NCBI GenBank assembly: GCA_963770945.1
Contig: CAVYRP010000005.1
Location: 100,268 to 164,267, forward strand
DNA from: an uncultured Bacteroidota bacterium
GTDB lineage: Bacteria > Bacteroidota > Ignavibacteria > UBA10030
Direction of reading: 5' to 3'
Length of the DNA stretch: 64,000 bases
Positions within the stretch are counted from its first letter, which is position 1. Every line of letters begins with the position of its first letter. The notes below the pieces were generated by a model. The model made no database searches. It saw only the letters and a program-made list of their open reading frames with translations, and was not told where the DNA came from. Positions 1-9,287 of the stretch are shown here, piece by piece. The translations under genes and the position numbers were made by a program.

Positions 1-1925
1 ACATCCACAGGGGCTGAAGTACCGAACGAATTCATACCGATAATTATTCCGCTATCTCCGACGTATTTTTCCCAGCCCATGGTGATAAGAGCTTCAACAG
101 CAATGCGTCTTTTTATATTTGGCGGAAAAATGAAGTTACGGTATTCTTTCGACTGCCGTTCGAATAATTCCCATGACGGCATGCTGACAACACGCACTTT
201 TTTGCCTTCTTGAATTAATTTATCATATGCGCCGAGTGCGAGTTGAACTTCAGAACCAGTTCCGATAAGTATAAGATCAGGAGTAGAGGAGTTCTCGATA
301 AGTATATATGCTCCTTTAACGAGATTATCGGCTGAGGAATATTTCACTCTATCGAGAGTCGGCAGCTTTTGCCGTGTCAGTAATAATGCAACCGGGCCGT
401 TTTTGTGTTCAATAGCAAACCTCCAGGCAGCAACCGTCTCGTTTGCATCGGCCGGACGAATGGAAATCATATTTGGTATGCAGCGAAGCGCGGCGAGCTG
501 TTCCACAGGTTCATGCGTCGGACCGTCTTCCCCAACTCCGATGCTGTCATGAGTGAAGACATAAATCGGCCTAATTCCCATAATACATGCCAGTCGAATA
601 GCGGGACGCATATAATCCGAGAAGACAAAGAATGTTCCGCCGTAAGGAATTATGCCGTCGGTGACTGCCATTCCATTCATGATTGCACCCATTGCGTGTT
701 CTCGAACACCATAGCGCATGTAACGTCCGCCGTAGTTTTTTGCCTGAAATTCACCCATGCTTTTAACATACGTATTATTGGACGGGGCGAGATCAGCGGA
801 ACCACCGATCATGGAGGGAAGAAACGGGGCTATTGCGTTCAATATTTTTCCAGAAGCATCGCGGGTTGCCATTGCGTCCGTGAATTTTGGCAGTGCTTTT
901 TTCCATTCTTCGCCGAAATTGCCATTTCGGATGTTTTCAAGTTCTGCTGCTAATTCCGGATACTTCTTTTTATATTCAGCAAACTTGGTTTTCCACTTTG
1001 CTTCTTTTTTCCGTCCAGTTATAACCGATTTACGGAATTGTTTCAACGCTTTTTCAGGAATATAGAACTGCTTTTCAGGATCCCAGCCGTATGCTTTTTT
1101 AGTAAGCTTCACTTCTTCTTCACCAAGCGGCGAACCATGTACTTCAGCCGTATCGTGTTTGTTCGGACTGCCGTAACCGATATGTGTCCGTATCATGATG
1201 ATGGATGGCCGTCCGGTTTCTTTCTTCGCACGGCGAATCGCAGTATCTATTGCTTTTATATCGTTGCCGTCTTTTACTTTTAACACCTGCCAGCCGTACG
1301 ATTCGAATCTTTTTGCGCGGTCTTCGGTAAATGCCAATTCAGTCGGACCGTCGATACTGATATGATTGTCGTCGTATATATAGACAAGATTGCCTAACTT
1401 AAGATGTCCGGCAAGCGAGGCTGCTTCCGATGTAATGCCTTCCATCAAATCACCGTCGCCTAAGGTTGCATATATAGTGTAATCGACAATTTTCAATCCC
1501 GGTTTGTTGTAATGTGCGGCAAGATACTTTTGTGCAATTGCCATTCCTATACCGTTGGTAAATCCCTGTCCGAGCGGGCCTGTAGTGACTTCGACACCGT
1601 CGGTATGCCCAAATTCCGGATGACCGGGCGTTTTGCTTCCGAGTTGGCGGAATTTCATCAATTCTTCAAGCGGAAGGTTGTATCCGGTAAGATGAAGCAG
1701 GCTGTAAATCAGCATGGATCCATGTCCGCCTGAAAGGACAAACCGGTCGCGGTTTTGCCAGTGCATATTTTCCGGATTGTGGTTTAAGTGTTTTGTCCAA
1801 AGGACATATGCTGCCGGGGCAAGCCCCATCGGCATGCCGGGATGGCCTGATTTTGCCTTTTGAACGCCGTCGATAGAAAGCGTGCGAATTGTATTAATAC
1901 ATAGTTGATCCAATGAAGAAGCCAT
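1..1925 (-). CDS. tkt: transketolase (partial; C-terminal ~20 aa lie beyond window start)
   Basis: My own reverse-strand translation from ATG at 1925 stays open to base 1: [40 protein letters not shown]...[17 protein letters not shown]...[24 protein letters not shown]... These are typical transketolase TPP-binding and signature regions. It is absent from the ORF track only because no stop lies in the window. Confidence 0.95.
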   Translation of the reverse strand, partial: MASSLDQLCINTIRTLSIDGVQKAKSGHPGMPMGLAPAAYVLWTKHLNHNPENMHWQNRDRFVLSGGHGSMLIYSLLHLTGYNLPLEELMKFRQLGSKTPGHPEFGHTDGVEVTTGPLGQGFTNGIGMAIAQKYLAAHYNKPGLKIVDYTIYATLGDGDLMEGITSEAASLAGHLKLGNLVYIYDDNHISIDGPTELAFTEDRAKRFESYGWQVLKVKDGNDIKAIDTAIRRAKKETGRPSIIMIRTHIGYGSPNKHDTAEVHGSPLGEEEVKLTKKAYGWDPEKQFYIPEKALKQFRKSVITGRKKEAKWKTKFAEYKKKYPELAAELENIRNGNFGEEWKKALPKFTDAMATRDASGKILNAIAPFLPSMIGGSADLAPSNNTYVKSMGEFQAKNYGGRYMRYGVREHAMGAIMNGMAVTDGIIPYGGTFFVFSDYMRPAIRLACIMGIRPIYVFTHDSIGVGEDGPTHEPVEQLAALRCIPNMISIRPADANETVAAWRFAIEHKNGPVALLLTRQKLPTLDRVKYSSADNLVKGAYILIENSSTPDLILIGTGSEVQLALGAYDKLIQEGKKVRVVSMPSWELFERQSKEYRNFIFPPNIKRRIAVEALITMGWEKYVGDSGIIIGMNSFGTSAPVD

Positions 1926-2052
1926 TATATTCTCTCCGAAGATTTTCTTTTATTAAATATATACCAAACAGTTATAAGATAAGGAAGCTTTGTAGAAATT
2001 CAAAGTTGTGAGTGTATATGTTTGGCTTTTTTTACAGGAAATAGGAGCTTAA

Positions 2053-2065
2053 ATTTCTTGCATTC
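2053..2065 (+). promoter_or_regulatory. promoter-like 13-mer ATTTCTTGCATTC (TTGCAT as -35-like box, TATTTT about 16 nt downstream)
   Basis: The identical 13-mer recurs at 7973-7985. Both copies end about 40 nt upstream of a + strand start codon (2109 and 8025). Confidence 0.3.
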
Positions 2066-2108
2066 CTTTTGCATGATACTATTTTAATGAATCGAAAGGC
2101 CGATATTT

Positions 2109-2468
2109 ATGAAAAGTGGGTCTCATATTCTCATTGTGGAGGATAATGCTCCTTTCCGAGAATTAATTCGGGAAATATTCGGATATCTTGGGTACTGCGT
2201 TTCAGAAGCATCGAATGGCCTTGAAGCGCTTGCGCTCATGGATCGTAATCCTGTCAATCTTGCCATTGTTGATTTAGAAATGCCGCAAATGAATGGGCTT
2301 GAGTTTACCAAACGTGTGAAAGAAAAGAATCCTCAATTCCCGGTGATTATGATGACAGCTTTTGCTGCTTTGCACTCACCGGCAGAAATTGCGAACGCCA
2401 AAGTAGACGCTTTTCTTCAAAAACCTATGGGTATGGATATGTTGATAAACATAGTGGAGCAAATGTAA
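2109..2468 (+). CDS. single-domain response regulator (CheY-like receiver)
   Basis: 119-aa ORF. Receiver hallmarks: ILIVEDN acidic pocket, phospho-acceptor context LAIVDLEMPQMNG, MMTA, and a conserved K in LQKP. There is no output domain. Confidence 0.85.
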   Translation: MKSGSHILIVEDNAPFRELIREIFGYLGYCVSEASNGLEALALMDRNPVNLAIVDLEMPQMNGLEFTKRVKEKNPQFPVIMMTAFAALHSPAEIANAKVDAFLQKPMGMDMLINIVEQM

Positions 2469-2707
2469 ATAAAAAAATCCGGAATTTCCCGGAGTTATTT
2501 CGAGTTTATAAAAGGTTGGCTGCCAACGCTTTACTGTTTTAGGAGGAAAAACTTGACCGTTTTATCTTTCAATCCCGTTCTCAACTGAGCTATAATGCAT
2601 ATCGCTTGTGATTCCTGCTTTATTTCTTGAATTTATATTATTGCCGACCATATAGCACGTTTCTTTTACAAACAAATGGCACGTATTTTATAAAAACTCC
2701 AGATAAG

Positions 2708-3145
2708 CTATTCGATTGCTTTTGCTGCCGGTTCAATACGATAAGAATGAGTGATTTTTGCACTTGCAGCCAATTGTGCAGAAACCGAGCAGTACTTCGT
2801 CCTGGATAATTCGATTGCACGTTCCACGTCTTCTGTCTTGATTCCGTCTCCATAAAAAACATATTCGATATGAATTTCTGTAAATATCTTCGGATGTTCT
2901 TCCCGCTCTATTCCTTTAACATTGCATTCGTAGGCAGTGACGGGAGAGCGTTTCTTTTTTAAAATCGGAATTACATCCATCGACGTACATCCGGCAAGCG
3001 CCATGAGCATGAGTTCTTTTGGAGTAGATCCGGCTTCGTTTCCGCCAGCCTCATTTTTTGTATCCATAATTACCCAATGATTGGAATTTGCTTTAGCGGT
3101 AAATGTATTGCTCTTAATTTGCTTGAGGTATATTTCTTTCGTCAT
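2708..3145 (-). CDS. OsmC family peroxiredoxin-like protein
   Basis: 145 aa with an OsmC/Ohr-like core (LMLMALAGCTSMDVIPILKKKR ... KYCSVSAQL) and two conserved Cys. Confidence 0.8.
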   Translation of the reverse strand: MTKEIYLKQIKSNTFTAKANSNHWVIMDTKNEAGGNEAGSTPKELMLMALAGCTSMDVIPILKKKRSPVTAYECNVKGIEREEHPKIFTEIHIEYVFYGDGIKTEDVERAIELSRTKYCSVSAQLAASAKITHSYRIEPAAKAIE

Positions 3146-3152
3146 ATCCGAA

Positions 3153-3401
3153 TTATTCCTTTATGTTTAGTATTTTGTCTTTCGTTTTCATACGATTAAT
3201 ATGACTCCTCAATGAGAGAAGCAGGGGACATTGGCGTCCAAAATTTGTAACGCCAAGGAATAAAGCAATTATTAATCCCGCTAAAAGCATCTTGCCGGAG
3301 GCTAATCCTGCGAATATTAAAAAGAATAAGACTCCAGACAAACCGAAAACCAATTTTCTGGAAAAGGAAAGTCTATTCTGCTCAGTGTTTCCTATTTCCA
3401 T
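3153..3401 (-). CDS. small membrane protein, DUF2892 (YgaP C-terminal)-like
   Basis: 82 aa with two hydrophobic helices followed by a GRQCPLLLSL motif, resembling the DUF2892 C-P-L-Y box. It lies 8 nt upstream of the OsmC gene. Confidence 0.55.
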   Translation of the reverse strand: MEIGNTEQNRLSFSRKLVFGLSGVLFFLIFAGLASGKMLLAGLIIALFLGVTNFGRQCPLLLSLRSHINRMKTKDKILNIKE

Positions 3402-3417
3402 CTTCTATGCTGTAGAA

Positions 3418-3678
3418 TTATCTTAGCTGCATTTCCCATTTTACGGCTGCCCATAATTTTTCGTGCAATTCCTTGCCGGGATGATAATCAGAGAAATATC
3501 TGTAAAGATACACAACCTTTTTGAGACTATCCAAGCAGCACATACAATTCGGACAATTTTGCAGGTGCTTTTGTATTTGCCGATAGGCCGGTAAATTTGA
3601 CTTTGTATCAAGTTCTGCCTGAATGTGCTTGAGAATTTTTGAACAATGCAAGATCGAATCTTTTCTCTTGGTTTTCAT
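3418..3678 (-). CDS. zf-HC2 (anti-sigma-factor-type zinc finger) protein
   Basis: 86 aa with HCSKILKHIQAELD...HLQNCPNC, which fits the H-x3-C...C-x2-C anti-sigma zinc-finger pattern. No sigma-factor gene is adjacent. Confidence 0.5.
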   Translation of the reverse strand: MKTKRKDSILHCSKILKHIQAELDTKSNLPAYRQIQKHLQNCPNCMCCLDSLKKVVYLYRYFSDYHPGKELHEKLWAAVKWEMQLR

Positions 3679-3805
3679 ATCAAATTATTTTGCTGATTCT
3701 TATTTAACAAACGGGTGAATCACTCTAGTAAACAATTGGATGCGGGCATGCGGGAAAGGATTCAAAACGGATGGGAATAGAATACACGTATATAAAGCCG
3801 GACCT

Positions 3806-3838
3806 TATAAAAAAAAGACCGGCGCATCATGCCGGCCA
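3806..3838 (-). terminator. rho-independent terminator
   Basis: The minus strand reads GGCCGGCATGATGCGCCGGTC followed by TTTTTTTT, directly downstream of the 3858-4070 ORF. Confidence 0.6.
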
Positions 3839-3857
3839 AAATAAAGAAAAACAACAA

Positions 3858-4070
3858 TTAGATAAGCGGATCATCGTCGTCGATGTGAAGATCAGCGTCG
3901 ATTTCCTCAAGAGGCGTGATAGGAATACCGTCCGGCGAGATCAGCGGATTATTATCCGGGTTCTCCTGTTTTTTCTCTAAATGTTTTTGTCTTTTTACCT
4001 CTTGTTTTTTCTGACGGGCAATTTCCTTCTTCCGCTTTTCGAATTTGTATGATGCTGAATTCTTAGCCAT
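3858..4070 (-). CDS. small highly charged hypothetical protein (70 aa)
   Basis: The ORF has a GAGG-like motif 8 nt upstream of its ATG and a strong terminator downstream. The antisense ORF 3771-3980 has neither. Confidence 0.5.
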   Translation of the reverse strand: MAKNSASYKFEKRKKEIARQKKQEVKRQKHLEKKQENPDNNPLISPDGIPITPLEEIDADLHIDDDDPLI

Positions 4071-4204
4071 ATTTAATTCCTCTCAAATAAAGTATATCAA
4101 TGCCGATTCAAATACCATCCACTATACGATATAACGTAATTATCTTTTTCTCGAAGTCAAAATATTTTTTTTAAACCACTTGATATATTTAGCGGATTCC
4201 TATA

Positions 4205-4240
4205 ATAAAAAAGGCATCCTGTTATTTATGGGATGCCTCT
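4205..4240 (-). terminator. rho-independent terminator downstream of ahcY
   Basis: Minus-strand hairpin AGGCATCC-N11-GGATGCCT followed by TTTTTTT. Confidence 0.65.
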
Positions 4241-4279
4241 TCCGACTTGATATAATTAGGAAAAACAGTGTAAAAGACT

Positions 4280-5557
4280 TTATGTCCCTGCTGAATAATC
4301 GTCGATATATGCTGCTTGCTCCTCTGTGAGTTTATCGATCTTATAACCCATAGTCGAGAGCTTCAAGCCTGCGATTTCCTGATCCTGTTCCGCCGGAATA
4401 TCGTATACTTTATTTTCCAGCCGCTTACCCTTCTTATGAAGTTCTACCAGTCGGAGCTGCGACATAAACTGGTTGGCAAATGACATATCCATTACTTCTG
4501 AAGGATGTCCTTCGGCGGCAGCAAGATTTACCAGCCGGCCTTTAGCAAGTAAAAAGATGCGTTTGCCGTTCTTTAATGTATATTCTTCATTGTCCTTCCG
4601 GACTTCACGGGAACTTTTAGAAAGTTTCTCGAGGTCGGGAATGTTAATCTCGCAATCATAATGACCCGTGTTGCAGACGATCGCGCCGTCCTTCAAGAGT
4701 CTGAAATGTCTTTTCACGATAATGTCTTTTACTCCTGTTGCCGTGATAAAGATATCGCCAATTTTTGCGGCGTCGTCCATTTTCATTACACGAAATCCTT
4801 CAAGTGTCGCTTTCAGCGCTGCCGTCGGTTTGACTTCAGTGATAATGACATTTGCACCAAGCCCTTTTGCCCGCATCGCAACACCTTTACCGCAATGTCC
4901 GAATCCTGCTACTACAATATTCTTTCCGGCCAGGAGAACGCTTGTTGCCCGAAGAATGCCGTCAAGCGTCGATTGTCCTGTTCCGTACACATTATCGAAA
5001 TCCCACTTTGTTTCCGCATCATTAACAGCAATAACCGGATAGTGAAGTGCACCATCGTTTGCCATCGCTCTTAAACGATGAACGCCGGTAGTTGTTTCTT
5101 CCGTACCTCCGATAACAGTCGGCATTAATTCTTTATGTTTATTATGAACGGTGAAAATAAGATCGGCGCCGTCATCGAGTGTAAGATTCGGCTTGAATTT
5201 CAATGTTTCTTCGATGCACCAGTAGAATTCTTTGACGTTCATTCCATGCCACGCGAAAATACTTACGCCTTCTTCTGCAAGGGCAGCCGCGACATCATCC
5301 TGCGTTGAAAGCGGATTGCAGCCGCTCCAGCTCACTTCGGCACCCGCCTTGACGAATGTTTTTACAAGTACGGCTGTCTCTTTTGTAACATGCAGGCATC
5401 CGGCAATTTTGTAGCCTTTAAAAGGTTTTGTCTTGCTGTATTTCTCCTGCAGTGCCATAAGTACGGGCATACGTGATTCTGCCCATTCGATGCGGAGTTT
5501 GCCGGCTTTAGCAAGTGAAAGATCTTTTACTTTGTATTTATTTGGTTTGTAGTTCAT
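4280..5557 (-). CDS. ahcY: adenosylhomocysteinase
   Basis: 425 aa. AdoHcy hydrolase signatures SWSGCNPLSTQDDVAAAL and NAD-binding GFGHCGKGVA, plus the C-terminal HPSEVMDMSFANQ. Confidence 0.97.
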   Translation of the reverse strand: MNYKPNKYKVKDLSLAKAGKLRIEWAESRMPVLMALQEKYSKTKPFKGYKIAGCLHVTKETAVLVKTFVKAGAEVSWSGCNPLSTQDDVAAALAEEGVSIFAWHGMNVKEFYWCIEETLKFKPNLTLDDGADLIFTVHNKHKELMPTVIGGTEETTTGVHRLRAMANDGALHYPVIAVNDAETKWDFDNVYGTGQSTLDGILRATSVLLAGKNIVVAGFGHCGKGVAMRAKGLGANVIITEVKPTAALKATLEGFRVMKMDDAAKIGDIFITATGVKDIIVKRHFRLLKDGAIVCNTGHYDCEINIPDLEKLSKSSREVRKDNEEYTLKNGKRIFLLAKGRLVNLAAAEGHPSEVMDMSFANQFMSQLRLVELHKKGKRLENKVYDIPAEQDQEIAGLKLSTMGYKIDKLTEEQAAYIDDYSAGT

Positions 5558-5598
5558 ATTTTCTTTTGTCTTTAATATAATTAAGTGATGTGTAATTT

Positions 5599-6744
5599 CT
5601 ATTTATCGGCTTTCTGAAGTGTTTTCACTAAATCTAATTTTTCCCATGTAAAATCTTTTTCATTCCGGCCGAAGTGGCCGTAATTTGAAGTTTTGCGGTA
5701 TATCGGGCGCCGCAAATCGAGACGTTTGATAATTCCGCGAGGTGTGAGATCTATTTCCTTTAATACAAAATCCGAGAGCTTTGCATCCGGCATAATGCCG
5801 GTGCCGAATGTATTGATTTGAATGGACACAGGTTCCACTACGCCGATTGCATATGCAACCTGTATTTGACATTCAGTGGCAAGCTTTGCAGCGACAATAT
5901 TTTTCGCCAGATGCCGTGCTGCGTAGGCCGCACTGCGGTCTACTTTCGTCGGATCTTTTCCGGAAAATGCCCCGCCGCCATGCGGCGCGCGTCCGCCGTA
6001 TGTATCGACCACAATTTTTCGCCCTGTTAAACCACTGTCGCCGTGAGGACCGCCAACTTCAAATCTCCCTGTCGGATTGACAAAATAGCGTGTTTTATTG
6101 TCAAGCATTGCAGAGGGAATGACATTGCGTATGATGATCTCGATAATATCTTCCTTAATCTTTTTCTGTGTCACATTGGGATCATGCTGGGTAGAAACTA
6201 CAACGGTATCGACCCGGATTGGTTTCCCGCTGCCGTCGTATTCGACTGTGACCTGAGATTTTGAATCGGGACGGAGATATGGCATGAGGTTCGGCTGCTT
6301 CTTCCTGACGGAGGCAAGTTGAAACACCAGCTTGTGCGCGTACATAATCGGTGCGGGCATTAATTCGGGAGTTTCCGAAGAGGCATAACCAAACATCATT
6401 CCCTGGTCGCCTGCGCCGCCGGTATCCACTCCTTGAGCAATATCGGGCGATTGAGAATGGATTGATGAGAGAACCGAACACGAATCGGCATCAAACCCGA
6501 CTCCGGCTTTTGTATAACCGATATCACGAACCACATCACGGACTATCTCCTGGACTTCGATATATCCTTCAGTTGTGATTTCTCCTCCGACAAGTACCAT
6601 GCCGGTAGTTACAAATGTTTCGCATGCTACGCGCGATGTTTTATCTTGTCTAATCAGCGCGTCAAGTACTGCATCAGAAATTTGGTCGCAGACTTTATCG
6701 GGATGTCCTTCGGATACTGATTCCGAAGTAAATAAATTTCTCAT
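5599..6744 (-). CDS. metK: S-adenosylmethionine synthetase
   Basis: 381 aa. MetK signatures [25 protein letters not shown] and [16 protein letters not shown]. Confidence 0.97.
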   Translation of the reverse strand: MRNLFTSESVSEGHPDKVCDQISDAVLDALIRQDKTSRVACETFVTTGMVLVGGEITTEGYIEVQEIVRDVVRDIGYTKAGVGFDADSCSVLSSIHSQSPDIAQGVDTGGAGDQGMMFGYASSETPELMPAPIMYAHKLVFQLASVRKKQPNLMPYLRPDSKSQVTVEYDGSGKPIRVDTVVVSTQHDPNVTQKKIKEDIIEIIIRNVIPSAMLDNKTRYFVNPTGRFEVGGPHGDSGLTGRKIVVDTYGGRAPHGGGAFSGKDPTKVDRSAAYAARHLAKNIVAAKLATECQIQVAYAIGVVEPVSIQINTFGTGIMPDAKLSDFVLKEIDLTPRGIIKRLDLRRPIYRKTSNYGHFGRNEKDFTWEKLDLVKTLQKADK

Positions 6745-6811
6745 TGTTTCTCCATACTATGTTGATGATTTGTAAATAAAATTTTTCAGCCGGATTGCAG
6801 CAGTGTGCTGA

Positions 6812-7792
6812 TCAGTGAAATTCCAATTCAGATGAATTGCCGATATTGATTCGATTATAATTTCCACGAATGACAGCATTGCTGCCGATAATGGAATCTT
6901 CAATGAGTGCATTGAGTACTGTTGCTCCCTCGCTAATAATGGAGTTACGGACGATCGTATTCTCTACTGTAGCATCTTCAGCAATTGTAGCATTTGGTCC
7001 GATAATTGCATTTGTAACTTTTGCTTTTTGTGAAATAAATGCGGGCGGCTGAATCAGAACGTCTTTCATCGGCTTTGGAATAGGCTGACGTTCCAGAAGA
7101 TACCGGTTTGTGGAAAGCAAAGTCTCCGGTCTGCCGCAGTCAAACCAGCCTTCAACCGAAAAGGCCTTCATTTTTTCATTTTGTTCGATCATCATCTGTA
7201 GTGCATCGGTCAATTGAAACTCGCCTTTTGTCCGAATGTCGTTTTGAATCATTTTTTCCAGGCAGTCTACCAGAAGCTTCGGCTGCGTGATATAATACAG
7301 CCCGACGATGGCAAGGTTACTTTTCGGTGATTCCGGTTTTTCCACAAGCTTTGTTATCCGGCCGCCTGTTATTTCAGCGACGCCGAATCGCTGTGGATCA
7401 TCTACAGGTTTAACGCCGATTTGCGTATATTCGTTCCGAATCATCGATTTTAAGTCAACATCAAAGATTGTATCGCCTAAAATTATCAGAATAGGACCGC
7501 TCGCAAAGGTATGCCTTGAGATATAAATGGCATGACCTAAACCAAGACGCTCTTCCTGTTCAATAAAGTCAATTTTAATTTGATAATTTGCCAATACATA
7601 TTTTTTTATCATCTCACCGAGATATCCGATGATAATAGTGGCTTCGCTAAAGCCGGCTTCAATTACTTTATCCAGAATATGTCCGATAATCGGTTTTCCG
7701 GCAACGTTCAACAGCACTTTTGGCACTGTAAATGTGTGCGGGCGAAGTCTGCTTCCGACACCTGCGACCGGGATGATTGCTCTCATAGTCAA
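6812..7792 (-). CDS. sugar-phosphate nucleotidyltransferase with C-terminal left-handed beta-helix domain
   Basis: 326 aa. N-terminal IIPVAGVGSRLRP...PK nucleotidyltransferase motif, with C-terminal hexapeptide-like repeats (IIGPNATIAEDATVENTIVRNSIISEGATV...). Confidence 0.85.
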   Translation of the reverse strand: MTMRAIIPVAGVGSRLRPHTFTVPKVLLNVAGKPIIGHILDKVIEAGFSEATIIIGYLGEMIKKYVLANYQIKIDFIEQEERLGLGHAIYISRHTFASGPILIILGDTIFDVDLKSMIRNEYTQIGVKPVDDPQRFGVAEITGGRITKLVEKPESPKSNLAIVGLYYITQPKLLVDCLEKMIQNDIRTKGEFQLTDALQMMIEQNEKMKAFSVEGWFDCGRPETLLSTNRYLLERQPIPKPMKDVLIQPPAFISQKAKVTNAIIGPNATIAEDATVENTIVRNSIISEGATVLNALIEDSIIGSNAVIRGNYNRINIGNSSELEFH

Positions 7793-7972
7793 GAATTATT
7801 TCTTGTTGATCAATTCATAAAAAATACGGAAGAATTCCTTGACATACAAACTCAATCATTTTTTCTCGTCATGGAATCTGACATTTCGCCGCCTATTGAA
7901 TCTTTCAAAAAAACATGTAACTTATTAATAGAATGAGTAAGTAAGTTTTAGGAATTTAAGTCAATCCTCAAT

Positions 7973-7985
7973 ATTTCTTGCATTC
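7973..7985 (+). promoter_or_regulatory. promoter-like 13-mer ATTTCTTGCATTC (second copy)
   Basis: Identical to 2053-2065 and ends 39 nt upstream of the aminotransferase start at 8025. Confidence 0.3.
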
Positions 7986-8024
7986 TTCAGTCATTCAGTA
8001 ATTTTATCATCAGGAGTAATTTCT

Positions 8025-9240
8025 ATGGAAATCAGCAGACTGGCAGCATCAATTGTTGAATCACCCACGGTGAAGCTCAATGCCGAAGCTGTTAAACTGC
8101 GTGCACAAGGCGAGGCTGTTGTGCACTTAGGAATTGGCGAACCCAAAAACAAGGCTCCTCATAGCGCGATTGTGAGTGCTATCGAGAAATTGAACTCTGG
8201 AGAAGTGAAGTATGCGCCCACCGACGGGATACCTTCACTGAAAAAAGCTATCGTTAACTACACTGAAAAAAACTACGGGAAAATCATAGATCCTGCGAAT
8301 GTCATAGTCTCTGATGGCGCCAAGCATTCATTATTTAATTTGCTTTATGCATTAATCAATCCGGGAGATCAGGTTATTATTCTCGCTCCGTACTGGGTAA
8401 GTTATCCGGAGATGGTGAGAATGATGAACGGAGTTCCGGTTATATTAACACCTGCGGACGGCGGGTTTTATCCGACAATTTCCGAAATTGAAAAGGGGAT
8501 AACTCCCTCGACGCGGGCTATAATTGTGAACAGCCCGAATAATCCTTCCGGAGCGATTTTTCCCGATGAACTCGTAGAGCAAATTGTAGACCTCTGCGAA
8601 AAGAAAAACATCTATCTTTTCATGGACGATATTTATCATAAACTTATTTTCGACGGCAAAGAAGATTGCCCCTGTATATAATTTTACAAAGAAAGATATT
8701 GAATCGACGAATGTTGTCGTTATCAACGGACTTTCGAAAACATACGGAATGACCGGATTTAGAATCGGCTGGATTATTGGAAACCGTAAACTTGTACAAG
8801 TAATTAAGAGTATTCAAAGCCAATCGACTACATGCAATTCTCCAGTCTGTCAGGTCGCCGGAGAAGCCGCACTCACAGGCGATCAGAGTTGTGTCGATGA
8901 ACTCGTTGCGGAAATACAGACAAACCGAGATACGGTAATAAAAGAACTACGGTCGATTCCCGGAGTGAAAGTGGCCATGCCGGAAGGCGCATTTTATTGC
9001 CTCCCGGATTTCAGCGCTCTCAATAAAGATTCTATGGCTTTGGCGGAATTCCTATTAAAGAAGGCGCTTGTTGTTACAATTCCGGGTAAAGATTTCGGCG
9101 CGGAAGGCCACTTACGCATAAGTTATGCGGGAGCTGCAAGTGAAATTGCAGATGGGTTAGCGCGGTTAAAATGGGCATTAGATCCAAATGCACCGCGGGA
9201 AATACAAATTGGCAATCGTAAGGTTGTCCGCGATTGGTAG
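8025..9240 (+). pseudogene. class I/II (aspartate-type) aminotransferase with an apparent frameshift near 8661-8665
   Basis: Fragment 1 (8025-8681) carries the conserved N-terminal half. The family sequence continues in the +1 frame from about 8665 as IAPVYNFTKKDIESTNVVVINGLSKTYGMTGFRIGW (PLP-lysine motif) and runs to 9240. Confidence 0.85.
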
Positions 9241-9263
9241 GAAACCTTTAAAGACAAACTTTT

Positions 9264-9278
9264 GTTCACTTAGTGAAC
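9264..9278. promoter_or_regulatory. perfect inverted repeat GTTCACT-T-AGTGAAC upstream of pckG (operator-like)
   Basis: 7+7 nt palindrome with a 1-nt spacer that ends 10 nt before the pckG start codon. The loop is too short for a hairpin terminator. Confidence 0.3.
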
Positions 9279-9287
9279 GATTAATAA

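Noticed and set aside
405-1733. Track ORFs on the + strand (405-953, 757-1065, 1038-1283, 1512-1733).
   Set aside because: They are antisense to an uninterrupted, strongly conserved transketolase reading frame and have low-complexity, non-family-like translations.
2575-2595. The reverse strand reads ...TATAGCTCAGTTGAGAACGGGATTGAAAG..., resembling a tRNA D-arm and anticodon region.
   Set aside because: No acceptor stem, no complementary D-stem 3' strand and no T-arm (GGTTCGAATCC-like) could be built. It is at best a fortuitous or very degraded fragment.
6745-6811. Possible SAM riboswitch upstream of metK, or SAH riboswitch upstream of ahcY.
   Set aside because: The gaps are only 67 nt and 41 nt, and I could not find SAM-I, SAM-II or SAH consensus elements. 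The genes appear co-transcribed with the upstream nucleotidyltransferase gene.
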